Below are positions 42,432 to 55,827 of a stretch of DNA of 64,000 bases, piece by piece; position 1 is the stretch's first letter; every line of letters starts with the position of its first letter. Made by a program: the position numbers and the translations under genes. Origin of the DNA: the human T2T-CHM13v2.0 reference genome, Homo sapiens; NCBI RefSeq assembly GCF_009914755.1, contig NC_060934.1; one strand, given 5' to 3'. The notes below the pieces were generated by a model that had not been told where the DNA came from, ran no database searches, and saw only the letters and a program-made list of their open reading frames with translations.

Positions 42432-45400
42432 GCTCAGTTTTAGTCTCCCCTTGAGAAAAACAGTTTTATAGATATATTCTCACTCAGCTGATCCTTTCTC
42501 ATTTCTTGAGGAACATTTCTGGTATTAGTTTTTACCACAGTAAATCTGCTACAGTGACTGAGCCCCCAGCCAATATGAACTGTATAGGCACATCCACTGT
42601 TTTCCACTGTGCAGTGTCCCATGAACCAAAGGGTGAAAATTGTGCCTGAGTGACGAATTTGAAAGCCTAATCTAGTACTCCAAAAGTTTTATACTCCATT
42701 CATGTGATAGAAAAGATCCCTAGTGAGAATGTAGAGATAATATGAAAAATGTAGAGATAATGTGAAAAAAATAATAACAGGTCCATTGTTAAAAATTTCC
42801 CACACAAATTTTAAAGTATAAAATGCCTGGCAAGAAAATGTTTAAAGGGAAATGACACTTGTGGAATTCAAATCACTCTCGGAGCACTTACAGCCTCTCT
42901 TAGTCGGTACGGTGAGCTAGATACCCTAACAAACAATTTGTTTCCTTCCTAAATTTCAAATGATATTAGTGACTGATTTTATTATAATAGTCACAGGCAG
43001 TGTGAGCCAGAATTATTTCCATACCTTCTGTTAAAATTTGTGGCATTCCGATCCTTTTTTCCCCTGGATCTGCTTTTATTGTTATTCTTTTTGTTTTGGA
43101 AATGGGGAGTGTGTGAAAGTCAATAAAGCTGTTGAATTTGTCTCCTGTACGTTTAGCATCCAAGCCGCTCAAAACTGCCCCAGGTGTGAAGGAGTGAGAA
43201 GGGATTTGCATTTCTGCCTTTCTTTTTAACTTTCCATGTATCTGCTGTCAAATCTTCATATGCTATTTCCCACACCTCCCATTTGGAAAATTCCTGTATA
43301 AATCCATCATTTTACTAAATGCATTGTTTTAGAACTGAACTGACCCAGCACTACATATGTTGTAGAATCTGGACAACTTCCAGCCACCTTCTTACCTCTG
43401 ATTCTTGAGTCTGGTATTCAGCTGGTTGGTGCTGCATACAAGACTTGGTTTAAACCATGGGGGGTGCTTTAAACCACACCCATGGCATTGGGTTCACTGC
43501 TGGAAACATTAAAGAATTTAAGATTCTACTATGCGATTTTTGAATTTTTTCAACTTCATCCAAGCAGACATAGGTAATTGATGTGCAGAAACATTTCAGA
43601 AATTAGGTCAGCAGACATTCAGTTGTCCAGGGTTGCCACCCATGTGGGCTGTGCTGGATACTCAAGCCATGTGTATTCATTAGGTCCTTTGGGGCTTGAC
43701 CCCTTGTTGAGAAGCTGGCACAGCATTAGACAACTATAATGAAAAAGAATTAATGCATACTATATTGTGTCATGAATCTGTGGGTCACATTATTCCAAAA
43801 TATGTATTTTATAATTGTATTTGACTGTGAGAGAAATTAATGTACCCATGGATGAGTATATACTGATTAAAACAATAAGAAACAGACTATAAGTTTATTT
43901 TTTGATTACGTGATTTTTTAAAATGGGAAAGTCACTGGTTACATCATATAATTTTAAACTTTATATCACAGAAGGTAGTAAGAAGTTCTAGTATCATTTG
44001 TTTCTCACAGACGCTGAGTTCTTGCTAAATACATTATGATACAACTTTTAACAAAAACATTACTGCAAATACATAGTAATGCAAATCTCAGTTAAAAAAT
44101 AAATCTCTGAATACTGTGATCAAAACACTGACAATTTCAGAGCTGATTCTATAGCTCAAAGAGGTTTGATGACTAGAAAACTTAATTGCAATAAAAGACA
44201 CTTCCATATCCCTGTTGACCTCTGTGTCTCCTCTTTCCCCTATCTCTGCTCACAGGCGCCATATGGACCATGGTTCTCACGGCAGCCCTAAGGCAGTCAC
44301 AGGTAGAGGCTCCCTCTAGGGCACTACAATTCCCATCCTTGGAGCGTGCGGCCAGTCTTGGGCAGCTCCAGACCCCAGCTGACCTCACTTACTGTTGCCA
44401 GGGAAAGGCCCTGTTTGTGGACTTCTTGCTGCAAGGGGTGGCTCGCAGTGCATGTGATTCCTCCCATCAGGCAAACTGGCCATACTCTGCAGATGGTAAA
44501 CTGCATGTCCAGGGAGCATAGGCCAAGGGTATTCACATGGAGCTTAAGTTGAAGCCCTGGCCAAGCTCTTAGTGTCTCCCATTCTTGACTGGACAACAGA
44601 GCAATGAAGGGCTCCTTCCTGACAGTTCATAAATGTTCCTTCATACCACAGTGAGATTTTGCTACTAACACCATGTCTTCGTTTTCTGAAAATGACCTGT
44701 GTGTTTCGTTTCATAGACTTCACAATCAGGAGAGAACAGATAATTAGGGTGGGTTGGGTCAGGTGCAGTTCTTTCCAGAGATGACACTGGGGACCAGATA
44801 TGCCTCCTTACTCTTCAAAATCAACCTCATATAAAACATCAATTTCCTGTCTTTAGATGATCTCAATATGTAGTGTGGAGCTGTTTCTCCCTGGTCCTAC
44901 TAGCCTCAACTTGGTTTAGCCCTTAAATATTTATTGAAATGATTACCATATCTTTCCAGTGAGTCCCCCAGGCCTTCCAGATTATCCAAAAGATTAATCC
45001 TCATAAATACAGACCATCACCTTGAAATAATGGCTTCCATCCAATTCTGTCTGGTTTCAGAAGTGCTGGTGCCTTATCTTTTAGGTCAAGTGCAGACCCC
45101 CTGCCACAATTTCAAGACCTCCTACAGCCCATGCCCACCCTGTGTATCCTAGATCCACAGTGCCGGCTGCCAGGGGGACCTGGGACTCAAGGAAGGACAC
45201 AGCAACCTTTTTAAAGATGTGGCTAAAGGAAATTCCTGATTCAGAAACAAAATGATAAAAGAAGGAAACAACATCAGGGATGAAGAAAAATAGAAATAAT
45301 AAAAGCATGGATAAATATGATAGGCTAGCCTTCTTGAGTTTTTCTAAACTGTGTCTGATGATTGAAGCAAAAATTTCTCCACGGTCTGATATAGTTCTTC

Positions 45401-45613
45401 ATGCATGTAAATTATGTTGTAAATTGAGAAGGAGAAATGGGCCTATATGGAGGTGAAGATCCTGCACATCACATGGCAGAATGTGGACACCAGTGGGCTG
45501 CAACAAGTGACGTGCATAAAATGTCACACCTGAAGTAATGGAGGGTCTAGAGAAACCCATACATTCTAAAACAGTATAGACAAACCAAACTGGAATTAAA
45601 AAAAACATTACCT

Positions 45614-46128
45614 TGCTGAGAGCAGCAGCCGGTGAGACCCTAACCCAGCAGCACTAGAGGAATTAGAGACACACACACAGAAATATAGAGGTGCCAAGTG
45701 GGAAATCAGGGGTCTCACAGCCTTCAGAGCTGAGAGTCCTGAACAAATATTTACTCAGGTATTTATTAACAGCAAGCCAGTTATTAGCATTGTTTCTATA
45801 GATATTAAATTAACTAAAAGTATCCCTTATGGGAAACGAAGGGATGGGCCACATTAAAGGAATATGTTGGGCTAGTTAACTGAAACAGGAGCATGTCCTT
45901 AAGGTACAGATCGCTCATGCTATTGTTTGTGACTTAAGAATGCCTTTAAGTGGTTTTCTGCCCTGGGTGGGCCAGATGTTCCTTGCCCTCATTCCAGCAA
46001 ACCCACCACCTTCCAGCGTGGGCGTTATGGCCATTATGAACATGTTACAGTGCTGCACAGATTTTGTTTATGGTCAGTTTTGGGGCCAGTTTATGGCCAG
46101 ATTTTGGGGGGGTGGCCTGTTCCCAACA
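45614..46128 (-). repeat. 3' LTR of provirus 3 (MER9a-like)
   Basis: Reverse complement of the provirus 2 LTR. Confidence 0.92.
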
Positions 46129-46139
46129 TGTCTCCCTTC

Positions 46140-47210
46140 TTTGATTTGCAAATCAATAAAAGCAAAGGCAGCTGCGTCATGGTGAGCTACTTCTCACAGG
46201 AGTCAGGATCTACATCTGCAGACTATACAAAGACAAATGACACAGATTAAAAGCACAATCATCATAAAAATTACAGAGCTTCCCAGTGTTTTTATCCATT
46301 TTAATGGGTTAATAGCTGCTAATCTGTCTGCAGCTCCTTTCAGCCCTCCAGTTCTTGGCATTAAGGCCAGGCGTGCCTGGGATGCTTTAAATATTTGTTC
46401 TTTTAATTTTGCAATATCCAAAAACAAGTTTGTACAGTGTCCTTTTAGATGCTTTTTTATTCTTCCCCCAATTTTGATCTTATTAAGAGCTATTAATAGT
46501 TTCCACAAATCCTTAATGTTTAGCTCCTACAGCAGGCCATATCATTTGAGGTTGAGGTGCCACTATACTGCCATGGTTCCATATAATAATAACTCTTGCT
46601 GTACTTCTTATTATGTCTACCATCTGACCATTTTGTTCAGATCAGCTGAACATAGTGTGGCCTTGGCACACAGACTGAGAGGTGCAATTTATGCTAAATA
46701 TCCCCTTAGGGGATCAATCAATAATGATTCCATAGGAATCATTGTGCAGCACCTCTGTCTGTTCTGCAATGCAATCTTCCTAAACAAGTACATTCATTTT
46801 TTCTGGCCAGGTTCAATTTTGTTTACAAATAGGTTTTTTAGGGCGGTATACCTCAATTATAGGAGCAGATTTATTATGGTAAATCCAGAGATCAGAAAGC
46901 ATGTGTAACTGTGTCATAGAGTGATTATATCCAGGCATTATTGCCAGCCAAGATTGATAAATATGCCCAATAAGTATGATTGTTCCCTGTGTCAGCCCTT
47001 ACTGAAGGAATACTCATGGCAGTGGTGATCATCACTATCATAGCTACCATTAAATTACTCATTGTGACTGGTTGTTCCACTTTCCTCAGGTTTTCTTTTA
47101 TCATCAGCGACAGCTTCTTGATCTGTCCCCAGGTGGGTGGCTGTGTTTGACGGGTATTGCTCATGACAGTTGAAGTCCTCCTCAGCATCAGTATCAACCT
47201 GGCTGCAATG
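46140..47210 (-). pseudogene. env: HML-3 env, deleted form
   Basis: [34 protein letters not shown]. Confidence 0.87.
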
Positions 47211-48130
47211 GGGGGGGTGGTCCTCGGGATCCTCCTGGAATCTCTTCCTTGGCATCTGGCTTATGATAAGGTTTCAGGTATTTTGATGGTACCTAAATCA
47301 GCTGTTGAATTTGGCCTGGAGAAACAGAAGGATAACCTCTACCCCAAGTTATTATTTTACCTGTTTCCCAACTTTTTGTTATTGAATCTCTCCACCAAAT
47401 CAGTTGTTCTGCTCCTGTCTTTGCAGCTGGTTTCTGTAGATGCTGTTCAGCTCCTGATAACATCTGGCCTTTGGGCAGGCTCAAAAAATTTAAAGTTAAT
47501 AATGCTAGATTCAATTGTGTATGGACTGTCCTGTAATCCCTGTTTCTCCCTCTTTTTTGTTTTTGTCATCAGTTGTTTATCTGTATGATATCATAACTGA
47601 GCATTTTCAATTAACTCTGTGGAATGAACCATGTATGATGAATCAGAAATCACATTAATAGGCATAACAAAAGCAGCCAATATCTCGATTACAGCTACAA
47701 GCTTTGCTTTTTATAGGGCATCTGAATAACTTTACTTTTTTGAGCCAGAATAAGAAGCTTTACTATTACTAGACCCATCTGTGAAACAATGAAAACACTT
47801 AGCAGGCTGCAGGTTGTTTACTGCAGGAATTATACATGCAAACCGCTTACAGGCTTGCTCAGCTAAAGGGATAGTAAAGAACTGAACTGATGGCTCTTAA
47901 GTCAGTTAACATTCTCCATTTACCTGATTTTTTCTTAATTACAAAAACTGGAGAATTCCAAGGGGAAAATTTTGGAGCTGTGTGCCCATTTTCTAATTGT
48001 TCAGTAACTCATTTCTCCAAAACCTCCAGTTTCTCTTAACTTAGTGGCTACTGTTCTATCCAAATTGGCTTATCTGTTAACCATTTTAAGGGTATAGGTT
48101 CTGGAGGCTTAACAATGGCCACCAGCAAGA
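47200..48130 (-). pseudogene. pol: HML-3 pol remnant with three deletions
   Basis: RT N-terminus, short RNaseH piece and IN C-terminus (LIWWRD) joined directly. Confidence 0.85.
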
Positions 48131-49040
48131 ATGATATCCTAATCTTTGATGGGATCTTTGTCTTTCCACTTGAAGCAGTTCTTTCAAATCTTGCAAATTT
48201 TTTTCTAGTCCTATGCCAGGGACATACCCCATTTCATGCATTGTATGTTGACTTTGAGGGCTATATAATTGTTCTGGAATTAGAACTTGTGCTCCCCATT
48301 GTTCTAATAAATCTCTCCCACATACATTTATAGGTACAGAAGTTATAATTGGTTGAATAGTCCCACGTTGTCCATTGGGCCCTTCACAGTGCAAAATATA
48401 ACTACTTTGATATACTTCAGGGGCTTTACCAACTCCAACTATGTTAAATTTAGTGGGTTGAATTGGTCACGCGGACAGCCAGTGCTGTAGAGAAATGATT
48501 GAAATGTCCACTGCTGTATCTACCAAACCTTTAAATTTCTTTCCCTGAATGGTTATTTCACAGGTAGGACGTTTATCAGTGATTTTATTTACACAATAAA
48601 CTGCTTTGCGTTGTTTATTTGTGCTTCCAAATCCTCCTGTTCATTTAATTTCACTTTTTCTCATTCCCACATATAGCACAATCAGGAGCTGTGCTATGTG
48701 CTCTCCTGGCTCTGCTTTCCAGGGAACAAAAGTAGATATAACAATGTGAATTTCCCCATTGTAATCTGAATCAATGACTCCCGTATGTATTTGTATCCCT
48801 TTTAAACTTAGACCTTTCTAAAAGTAATCCTATTGTCCCTGCTGGTAAGGGTACACAGAATCCTGTTGGGACCTTTTGCGGGGGTTCCCCAGGCAGAAGG
48901 CTCACAGCTTTTGTGCAGCATAAATCTACTGCGGCACTACCAGCTGTGGTGGGTGACAGACATTGCACAGGGGTGAGGGAATGGCCTGAGCTGGAAATGC
49001 CCCAGTTTAGAATGAGGCCCAGGATGGGCCCCTCATGGCA
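48130..49040 (-). pseudogene. pro: HML-3 dUTPase-protease, disrupted
   Basis: AGSAAVDLCCTKAVSLLPGEPPQKV; GRDLLEQWGAQV. Confidence 0.87.
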
Positions 49041-49643
49041 TTTCCTCAAATCAGGTTCCCATCTTTATCAAACTTAGAGTGACACTGATTAGCCCAATGT
49101 TTTCCTTTTTTACATTTTGGACATATTTCAGACTAGCAGTTTTCTTTTTTCCCCTATCTGGTGGCCTGATTTGCTGATTATTTCTCCATTCTTTTTTAGT
49201 ATGAATAGCTTGTTTAAATTCTTTGAGTAATTTAAAAAGAAAAAGCTCAAATGTAGCTATAATATTTCCCTGTTGAACTAGGGAGTGTATTCTAACAGGG
49301 AACTGCCAAGCCTCTAAATCACCCTCTCGTCTAGCTTGCTGAATTTCTCCCTGAATAGAACTAAAAGCGGTCACTTGAGGCGCTGCTCAGTCACTGGGGC
49401 AACTACTTTTTACCCAGTGTCCTCCAGAAAAGAAAGATCTGGAGGGTCATTTTCTTCAAAATAATAATGAGGGGGTGCAGAATGGTAGGGATGAACCTCT
49501 CCCTCCTTTGCCGCTTTAGCTTTAGCTGGTAAATAAACATGCTTTGTAACCTCTTCTGTTACTTCGTTATACTCTCCTTCCTCCTCCTCATCAGTGTGAA
49601 AAAGTTCCAAGGTGGAATGAACCAGACCCCACACTTTTCCCAT
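49020..49643 (-). pseudogene. gag: HML-3 gag with MA and CA deleted
   Basis: MGKVWGLV start; KEFKQAI|HTKKE fusion. Confidence 0.87.
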
Positions 49644-49767
49644 TGGTACCCTGATGCTTCTGAGCTCCCCTTCTTACTCACCACAGGGATTGCTTAATTC
49701 CACGTTCTCCAACCATCGCTCCAGCAATCCTTCAACCTGGATTCGAGCCCCCACGATGGACACCACT

Positions 49768-50280
49768 TGCCAAGACCAGCTCAATTGGGGAGACCCTAAC
49801 CCAGCAGCACTAGAGCAATTAAAGACACACACACAGAAATATAGAGGTGTCAAGTGGGAAATCAGGGGTTTCTCAGCCTTCAGAGCTGAGAGCCCCGAAC
49901 AGAGATTTACTCACATATTTATTAACAGCAAACCAGTCATTAGCATTGTTTCTATAGATGTTAAATTAACTAAAAGTATCCCTTATGGGAAACAAAGGGA
50001 TGGGCCAAATTAAAGGAATAGGTTGGGCTAGTTAACTACAGCAGGAGCATGTCCTTAAGGTACAGATCACTCATGCTATTGTTTGTGGCTTAAGACTGCC
50101 TTTAAGCAGTTTTCCACCCTGGGCGGGCCAGGTGTTCCTTGCCCTCATTCCGGTAAACCCACAAACTTCCAGCGTGGGCATTATGGCCATCATGAACATG
50201 TCACAGTGCTGCAGAGATTTTGTTTATGGCCAGTTTTGTGGCCAGTTTATGGCCAGATTTTGGGGGGCCTGTTCCCAACA
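49768..50280 (-). repeat. 5' LTR of provirus 3
   Basis: tgccaagaccagctc...gttcccaaca. Confidence 0.93.
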
Positions 50281-51299
50281 CCCATCATATACCAGCAGTG
50301 CACTTAGAGAAATGCACCACCTGAATGAGCTGTGTAACACTAGGAAAGCACATCTTTAGTTGGAACATTACTGGTTTCACTTAAAACCAAGTATCAGACA
50401 CATTATATACACACTTTGTTTTCTGTTTTTCATTTCTAATATTCGTATATTAGCATTAAAGAGAGAAATACAATTTGAGTGCTTGTCATCAGTGAAGAAA
50501 GTGATTGGCGTAATTGAAAAGATGAAAAGAGCAGACATTCTGAGTGTCCTCAATCGATCTTATTGATTTTTAAAGGATTCTAGGGCTTGAATGTCTCAAA
50601 CTAGTCCAAAAAAAGCCAACAGCAGGACCCATACAACTATAAATCTCACTAGATACATCCCCTATTCCATGAACATGAGAGGAGATGAACATTATCAGCC
50701 TTGCCCAATTTCTCAGCTTACATTTATTTGGGGGTCAATCCAATACCGTTATATGAATTCTTTGGAAATTGGAATATTTGAGCAAAAATGTTTACTTTTT
50801 GCACTTGAAAATACAAAAAGATATAGACATAGAGTGCATCTTTATTAGAGAATACCGAAAATCCCTTCAAGTCCAAGTTTTGAAATCCCCAGTTGACTGT
50901 TTGGCAGAATGGCTCATTGTCAGGTAGAACTCTTTTCTAGGGCCCAAACTACATTGCTTAGATACAATGCAAAGAGACATGGGCCAACCCCACCTTTCCA
51001 GCTCATTCGTTATCAGCAAAAAGCTTCGGCCTGGGCTCCAGTTATGGTTATAGTTGGCTTCACAGGTGTGCGAACTGTCATCTGGGTGATCACAGGGTGA
51101 TGACAGGGCTGCTGCATGTTGCTCTGGAGGTTTTTCACTGCACAGTGAACTGCCTGATCACAGCAGCCTTAGACAAAACTGGATAACATAGTTCTTAATG
51201 TTTTCTTCCTCATTGAGCATCCCCTGATCTGAGAGGCTGTGAGGCAAGTTTTTACAAGACAAAGATATTAGCTGAGAGGATCAAGTAGAACAAATGCAT

Positions 51300-52190
51300 T
51301 GTTGCTGAACACCAGGGGTTTGGCCTAGGTGTGGTTGCTCACTGCACAGAAAGCCAGTCACTAAGACGAGTATTGCCAGGGAAGAAGAGATTTATTGTGG
51401 ATGCTGTCAGTCTAACCGTCAAATCCGTCTCTCTCCCAACTAAAGTTAGGAGTTTATATAGACAGGAATTAAGGGGAGTAAGGAATATGATCAACAGGCA
51501 GCAGGTGGTTAGATGAGAGGTCTAGCATCTCATTGTAACCACCTGTGGGAAAACAGGAACGGGAGAGAAGGAAGAGGAGTCAACTGGCAACAGCTCTCCT
51601 TGTCCAGTTGTGGTGATCTGTAAAGTTTCAGTTCCATGAAACTATGTGGGAGTCCTAATGATCAGTTTATTGAGAAAGAAACTCAGATGACAAATGTTAA
51701 ATTTCTCAACCTTTAAGACTTGGAGGTCAATCCTATACTTTGGATATTTTTGCCTGCTTAAATCTGATGTTGCATTGTAATTCCCAGGGCTGGAGGTAGG
51801 TCCTGGTGGGAGGTGATCATGGGGATGGAACCCTCATATGGCTTAGTGCTGTCTTCCTGATACTGAATTCTCCCAAGATCTGGTCATCTAAAAGAATCTG
51901 GCACATTCCCCAACTCCCTCTCTCTTGCTCCTGCTTTGCCTTCTGCTATGACTGAAAGTTGAGGCTTCACCAGAAGCCGAGTAGATGCCAGCACCATGCT
52001 TCCTGCAAAGCCTGTAGAACCTGAGCCAATTAAACTTCTTTCCTTTATAACCTCTTTACTTTATATTACCCAGTCTCAGGTATTTCTTTACAGCAATGCA
52101 AGAATGGTTTGACAGTCAATTTCTATGTTTATTCCCCTCACAAAAGGCCTCCATAAACATCAACTGCATAGGAAAATTGAGCTGGTTTCA
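51300..52190 (-). mobile_element. ERV1-type LTR interrupted by an MST LTR (about 51735-52113)
   Basis: tgttgctgaacaccagggg...gagctggtttca; nested MST motifs gagccaattaaacttctttcctttata and attacccagtctcaggtatttc. Confidence 0.6.
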
Positions 52191-53169
52191 AGATCAAAAA
52201 TTTGGCCCATATTAATAGTGGTTGAAACTTTATGTTTACAATTATTACTTCTGTTCATTTTACCATCTCCTCTTCCTCCATGCAGCAGGGGCATGTTGCA
52301 AATCACACACTCCAAAAAATTAAACACAGGACATTCCAAAAATTAGCATTGGTATTGAAAACACTCCCCCAAATCAGGCTTATTTGCCATTCGTATTTTT
52401 TCTGTAGTGAAATTTTCATACCAATCTTTCACCAATTTTCTTTTTGGGATTTTTCTTCTATTCTTATCCAAAGCTGTTTTACAAGTACTTTTTTCAGTCC
52501 ATAACTCACCTTTCCATTTCCTTAATTGTGTGCTTTAAGAACACAAGTTTTGAATTTAACAAAATCTAATTTATCAAAGTTTAAAGTGAGTACATCGTTT
52601 TTATTACTTTAAGTGCATTAAATTTGTGTATATTCCATATTTGTATTGTCCATAGAGAAATCATCACCTAACTGAAACCTACAAAAATTTTCTCAGTTTT
52701 TCTTCTATAAGTTTTAACTTTGAGCTCTTGTATTTAGATCTATGATGAGTTGAGGCCTTATATATGCTTTGGGGAGTCAAAGTTAACACCACATTTTGAA
52801 GATGTGTCTTTCCCCTTGGATTTCATTGGCACATTTGCTGAAAATGTCCCAAGCACCTCATGGGGTATGGCTGTGGTTCTGGACTCATGTATTCACAATT
52901 GTTTTGAATATTCACATAAATTTATAATCCACTGTCAAATTTTAATTCAGGTGGTGTTTAATTAATAGAACAATTTGAGGAAAACTGACATCTCAAAAAT
53001 AGTTTTCTTGCCTATTTTGGCCCTATTTCTGCCATACACATTTTGGAAAACTTTTTCCAGTACTAAGAATAAATATTGGAAGCTTTATTGAAATTGTATC
53101 AAATTTACAGAAACATTTAAAGAAAACATATTAATAATGGTCTTCCTAATCATTGAAATTTTTACTTTA

Positions 53170-55500
53170 TTTTTAATTTTTTTGGGTACATACTAGGTGT
53201 TTACATCTATGGGGTACATGATATATTGATACAGGTTTGCAATGTCTAATAATCACATCAGGGTAAATGGGATATCCATAACCTCAAGCATTTATCCTTT
53301 GTGTTACAAACAATTCAATTATACCTTAAAAATGTACAATTATTATTGACTGTAGTAACCTTGTTGTGCTATCAAATACTAGGTCTTAGTCATTCTACCT
53401 TTTTGTGCCCATTAACATTCCCCAATTCCCCCTCATCATGCCCCCACTACCTTTCCCAGCCTCTGGTAAACATTCTTCTACTCTCTATCTCTAGAAGTTC
53501 AGTTGTTTTCATCTTTAGCTCCAATAAATAAGTCAGAACATGTGATGTCTGTCTTGCTGTGCCTGGCTTATTTCACTTAATGATCTGTAGTTCCATCTAT
53601 AATGTTGCAAATGACAGGATCTCATTCTTTTTTATGGCTGAATAGTACTCCGTTGTGTATACGTACCATATTTTATTTATCCATTCATCTGCTGATGGAC
53701 ACTTGGATTGCTTCCAAATCTTGGCTATTGCGAGTAGTGCTACAGTAAACATGGTGCAGATTTATCTTCAATATACTGATTTCCTTTCTTTGGGGTATAT
53801 ACCTACCAGTGGAATTGCTGGATTGTATGGTAACTCTATTTTTAGTTTTTGAGGTACCTACAAACTGTTCTCCATAGTGGTTGTACTAATATACACTTCC
53901 ACAGTGCACGAGGGTTCCCTTTTCTCCACATCCTCTTCAGCATTTGTTGTTACCTGTCTTTTGGACAGAAGATATTTTAACTGGGGTGAGATGATATCTC
54001 ATTGTAGTTTTGATTTGCATTTCTCTAATGGATCAATGATGTTGAGTACATTTTCATATGCCTGTTTGCCATTTGTATGTCTTCTTTCGAGAAATGCCTA
54101 TTCAGATTTTTGTCCAGTTTTCAGATTAATTTTTTTTCTATAGAATTGTTATAGTTCCTGATATAGTTATAGTTACAGCTCCTGATATAGCTAGTGATAT
54201 AGTTTGGATATTTGTCCCTGCCCAAATCTCATTTTGAGATGTAATCCTCAGCATTAAAGGTGGGTCTTGGTGGAAGGTATTTTCGTCAAGGGGGAGGATC
54301 CCTCATTAATTGATGCTGTCCTTTCATCAACGCCCATATTTCTGCCATATGCATTTTGGAAAAGTTTTTCCAGTGTTAAGAATAAATATTGGGAGTTTTA
54401 TTGAAATATTAAATTTATAGAAACTGCTATTATTTTAATAATGAGTCTTCAAACATTGAAATTATTTTTAAATTTTTGTGGGTACAAATAGGTGTATATG
54501 TTTATGGGGGTACATGAGATATTTTGATACAGTCATGAAATGTATATGAACACATCAGGGTAAATGGGGTATCCCTGACCTCAAGCAACCCTCACAAGAC
54601 CTGAGTACTCACAAGATCTGGTTAAGTGTGTGGCACCTCCCTCCCCCTCTCTTTGCCCTTGCTCCTGCCATGTGAGATACTTATTCCCCTTTTGCCTTCC
54701 ACAATGGTTGGAAGCTTCCTGACGCCTCCCTACAAGCTGATCAGATGTTAGCACCATGCTTCCTGTACAGCCTGCAAAACTGTGAGCCAATTAAACCTCT
54801 TCTTTATAAATTACCCAGTCTCACGTATTTCTTTATAGTACTTCAAGAATGGCCTAATACAGATGGATAGTTTGCAAATATTCTTTCCCATTCTATGGGT
54901 TGTCTCTTCACTTTGTTGTTTCCTTTGCAATACAGATTTTTAACTTGATGTGATCCCACTTGTCCATTTTTGCTTTGGTTGCCTGTTTGTCAGGTATTAC
55001 ACAAAAAATCTTTGCCCACTCCAATGTCCTGGAGAGATTCCCCAATGTTTTATTTTAGCTGTTTCATAGTTTGAGGTCTTAGATTTAACTTTTTAATTAA
55101 TTTTGATTTTTGTATATGTTAAGAGATAGGGGTCTAGTTTCATTCTTCTGCATACGGATATCCAGCTTTCCCAGCACCAGTTATTAAAGACACTATCTTT
55201 ACCCCAATGTATGTTCTTCATAACTTTGTCAAAAGTGAGTTCACTGTAGATGTATGAATTTGTTTCTGGGTTGTCTATTCTGTTCCTATGTGTCTGTTTT
55301 TATGCCAGTATCATGCTGTTTTGGTTACTGTAGCTCTGTAGAATAATTTGAAGTCAGGTAATATGATCCCTCCAGTTTGATTCCTTTTGCTCAGGATAAC
55401 TCTGACTATTCTAGGTCTTTTGTGGTTTCCATATAAATTTTAGGATTGTGTTTTCTATTTCTTTGAAGAATGTTAAAGTTTTCTGGATATTGCACAGTTT
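53170..55500 (-). mobile_element. L1MA-like element (3' end and ORF2 antisense)
   Basis: gggtacatactaggtg 3' end; gcaaatgacaggatctcattcttttttatggctgaatag; tctagtttcattcttctgcata. Confidence 0.85.
54195..54861 (+). mobile_element. MSTA/MSTB-like MaLR LTR nested in L1, carrying an internal insert
   Basis: tgatatagtttggatatttgtccctgcccaaatctc...gagccaattaaacctc...ctaataca. Confidence 0.85.
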
Positions 55501-55526
55501 GTCCATTAACTTGCTGAGCAACATCT

Positions 55527-55827
55527 TTTTTTTTTCTTTTTTCCTGAGACAGGGTCTCACTCTGTCTTCCAGGCTGGAGTGCAGTGGCATGATCACAGCT
55601 CGATGCAGTCTCAATCTCCCAGGCTCAAGTGATCCTCCCACCTCTCTGCCTCCTGAGTATCTCGGATGACAGGTGCATGCCACCACGCCTGGCTAATTTT
55701 TATATTTTTTGTAGAGACAGTTTTGCCATGTTGCCTGGGCTGGTCTCAAACTCCTGGGCTCAAGCAACACACCCACCTCGACCTCCTAACATGCTAGAAT
55801 TACAAACATGAGCCACTGAGCCCAGCC
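55527..55827 (-). mobile_element. AluJ, antisense
   Basis: gagacagggtctcactctg...ggctcaagtgatcctccc. Confidence 0.9.

Larger units (their letters stand above)
45614..50280 (-). mobile_element. HERV-K(HML-3) provirus 3, multiply deleted (4667 bp)
   Basis: LTRs at 45614-46128 and 49768-50280; PBS-like about 49748-49765; PPT 46131-46140; gag, pro, pol and env remnants on minus strand. Confidence 0.94.

Noticed and set aside
46237-46908. 223-aa plus-strand ORF
   Set aside because: Antisense to env of provirus 3; the homologous antisense frames in proviruses 1 and 2 are not comparably open
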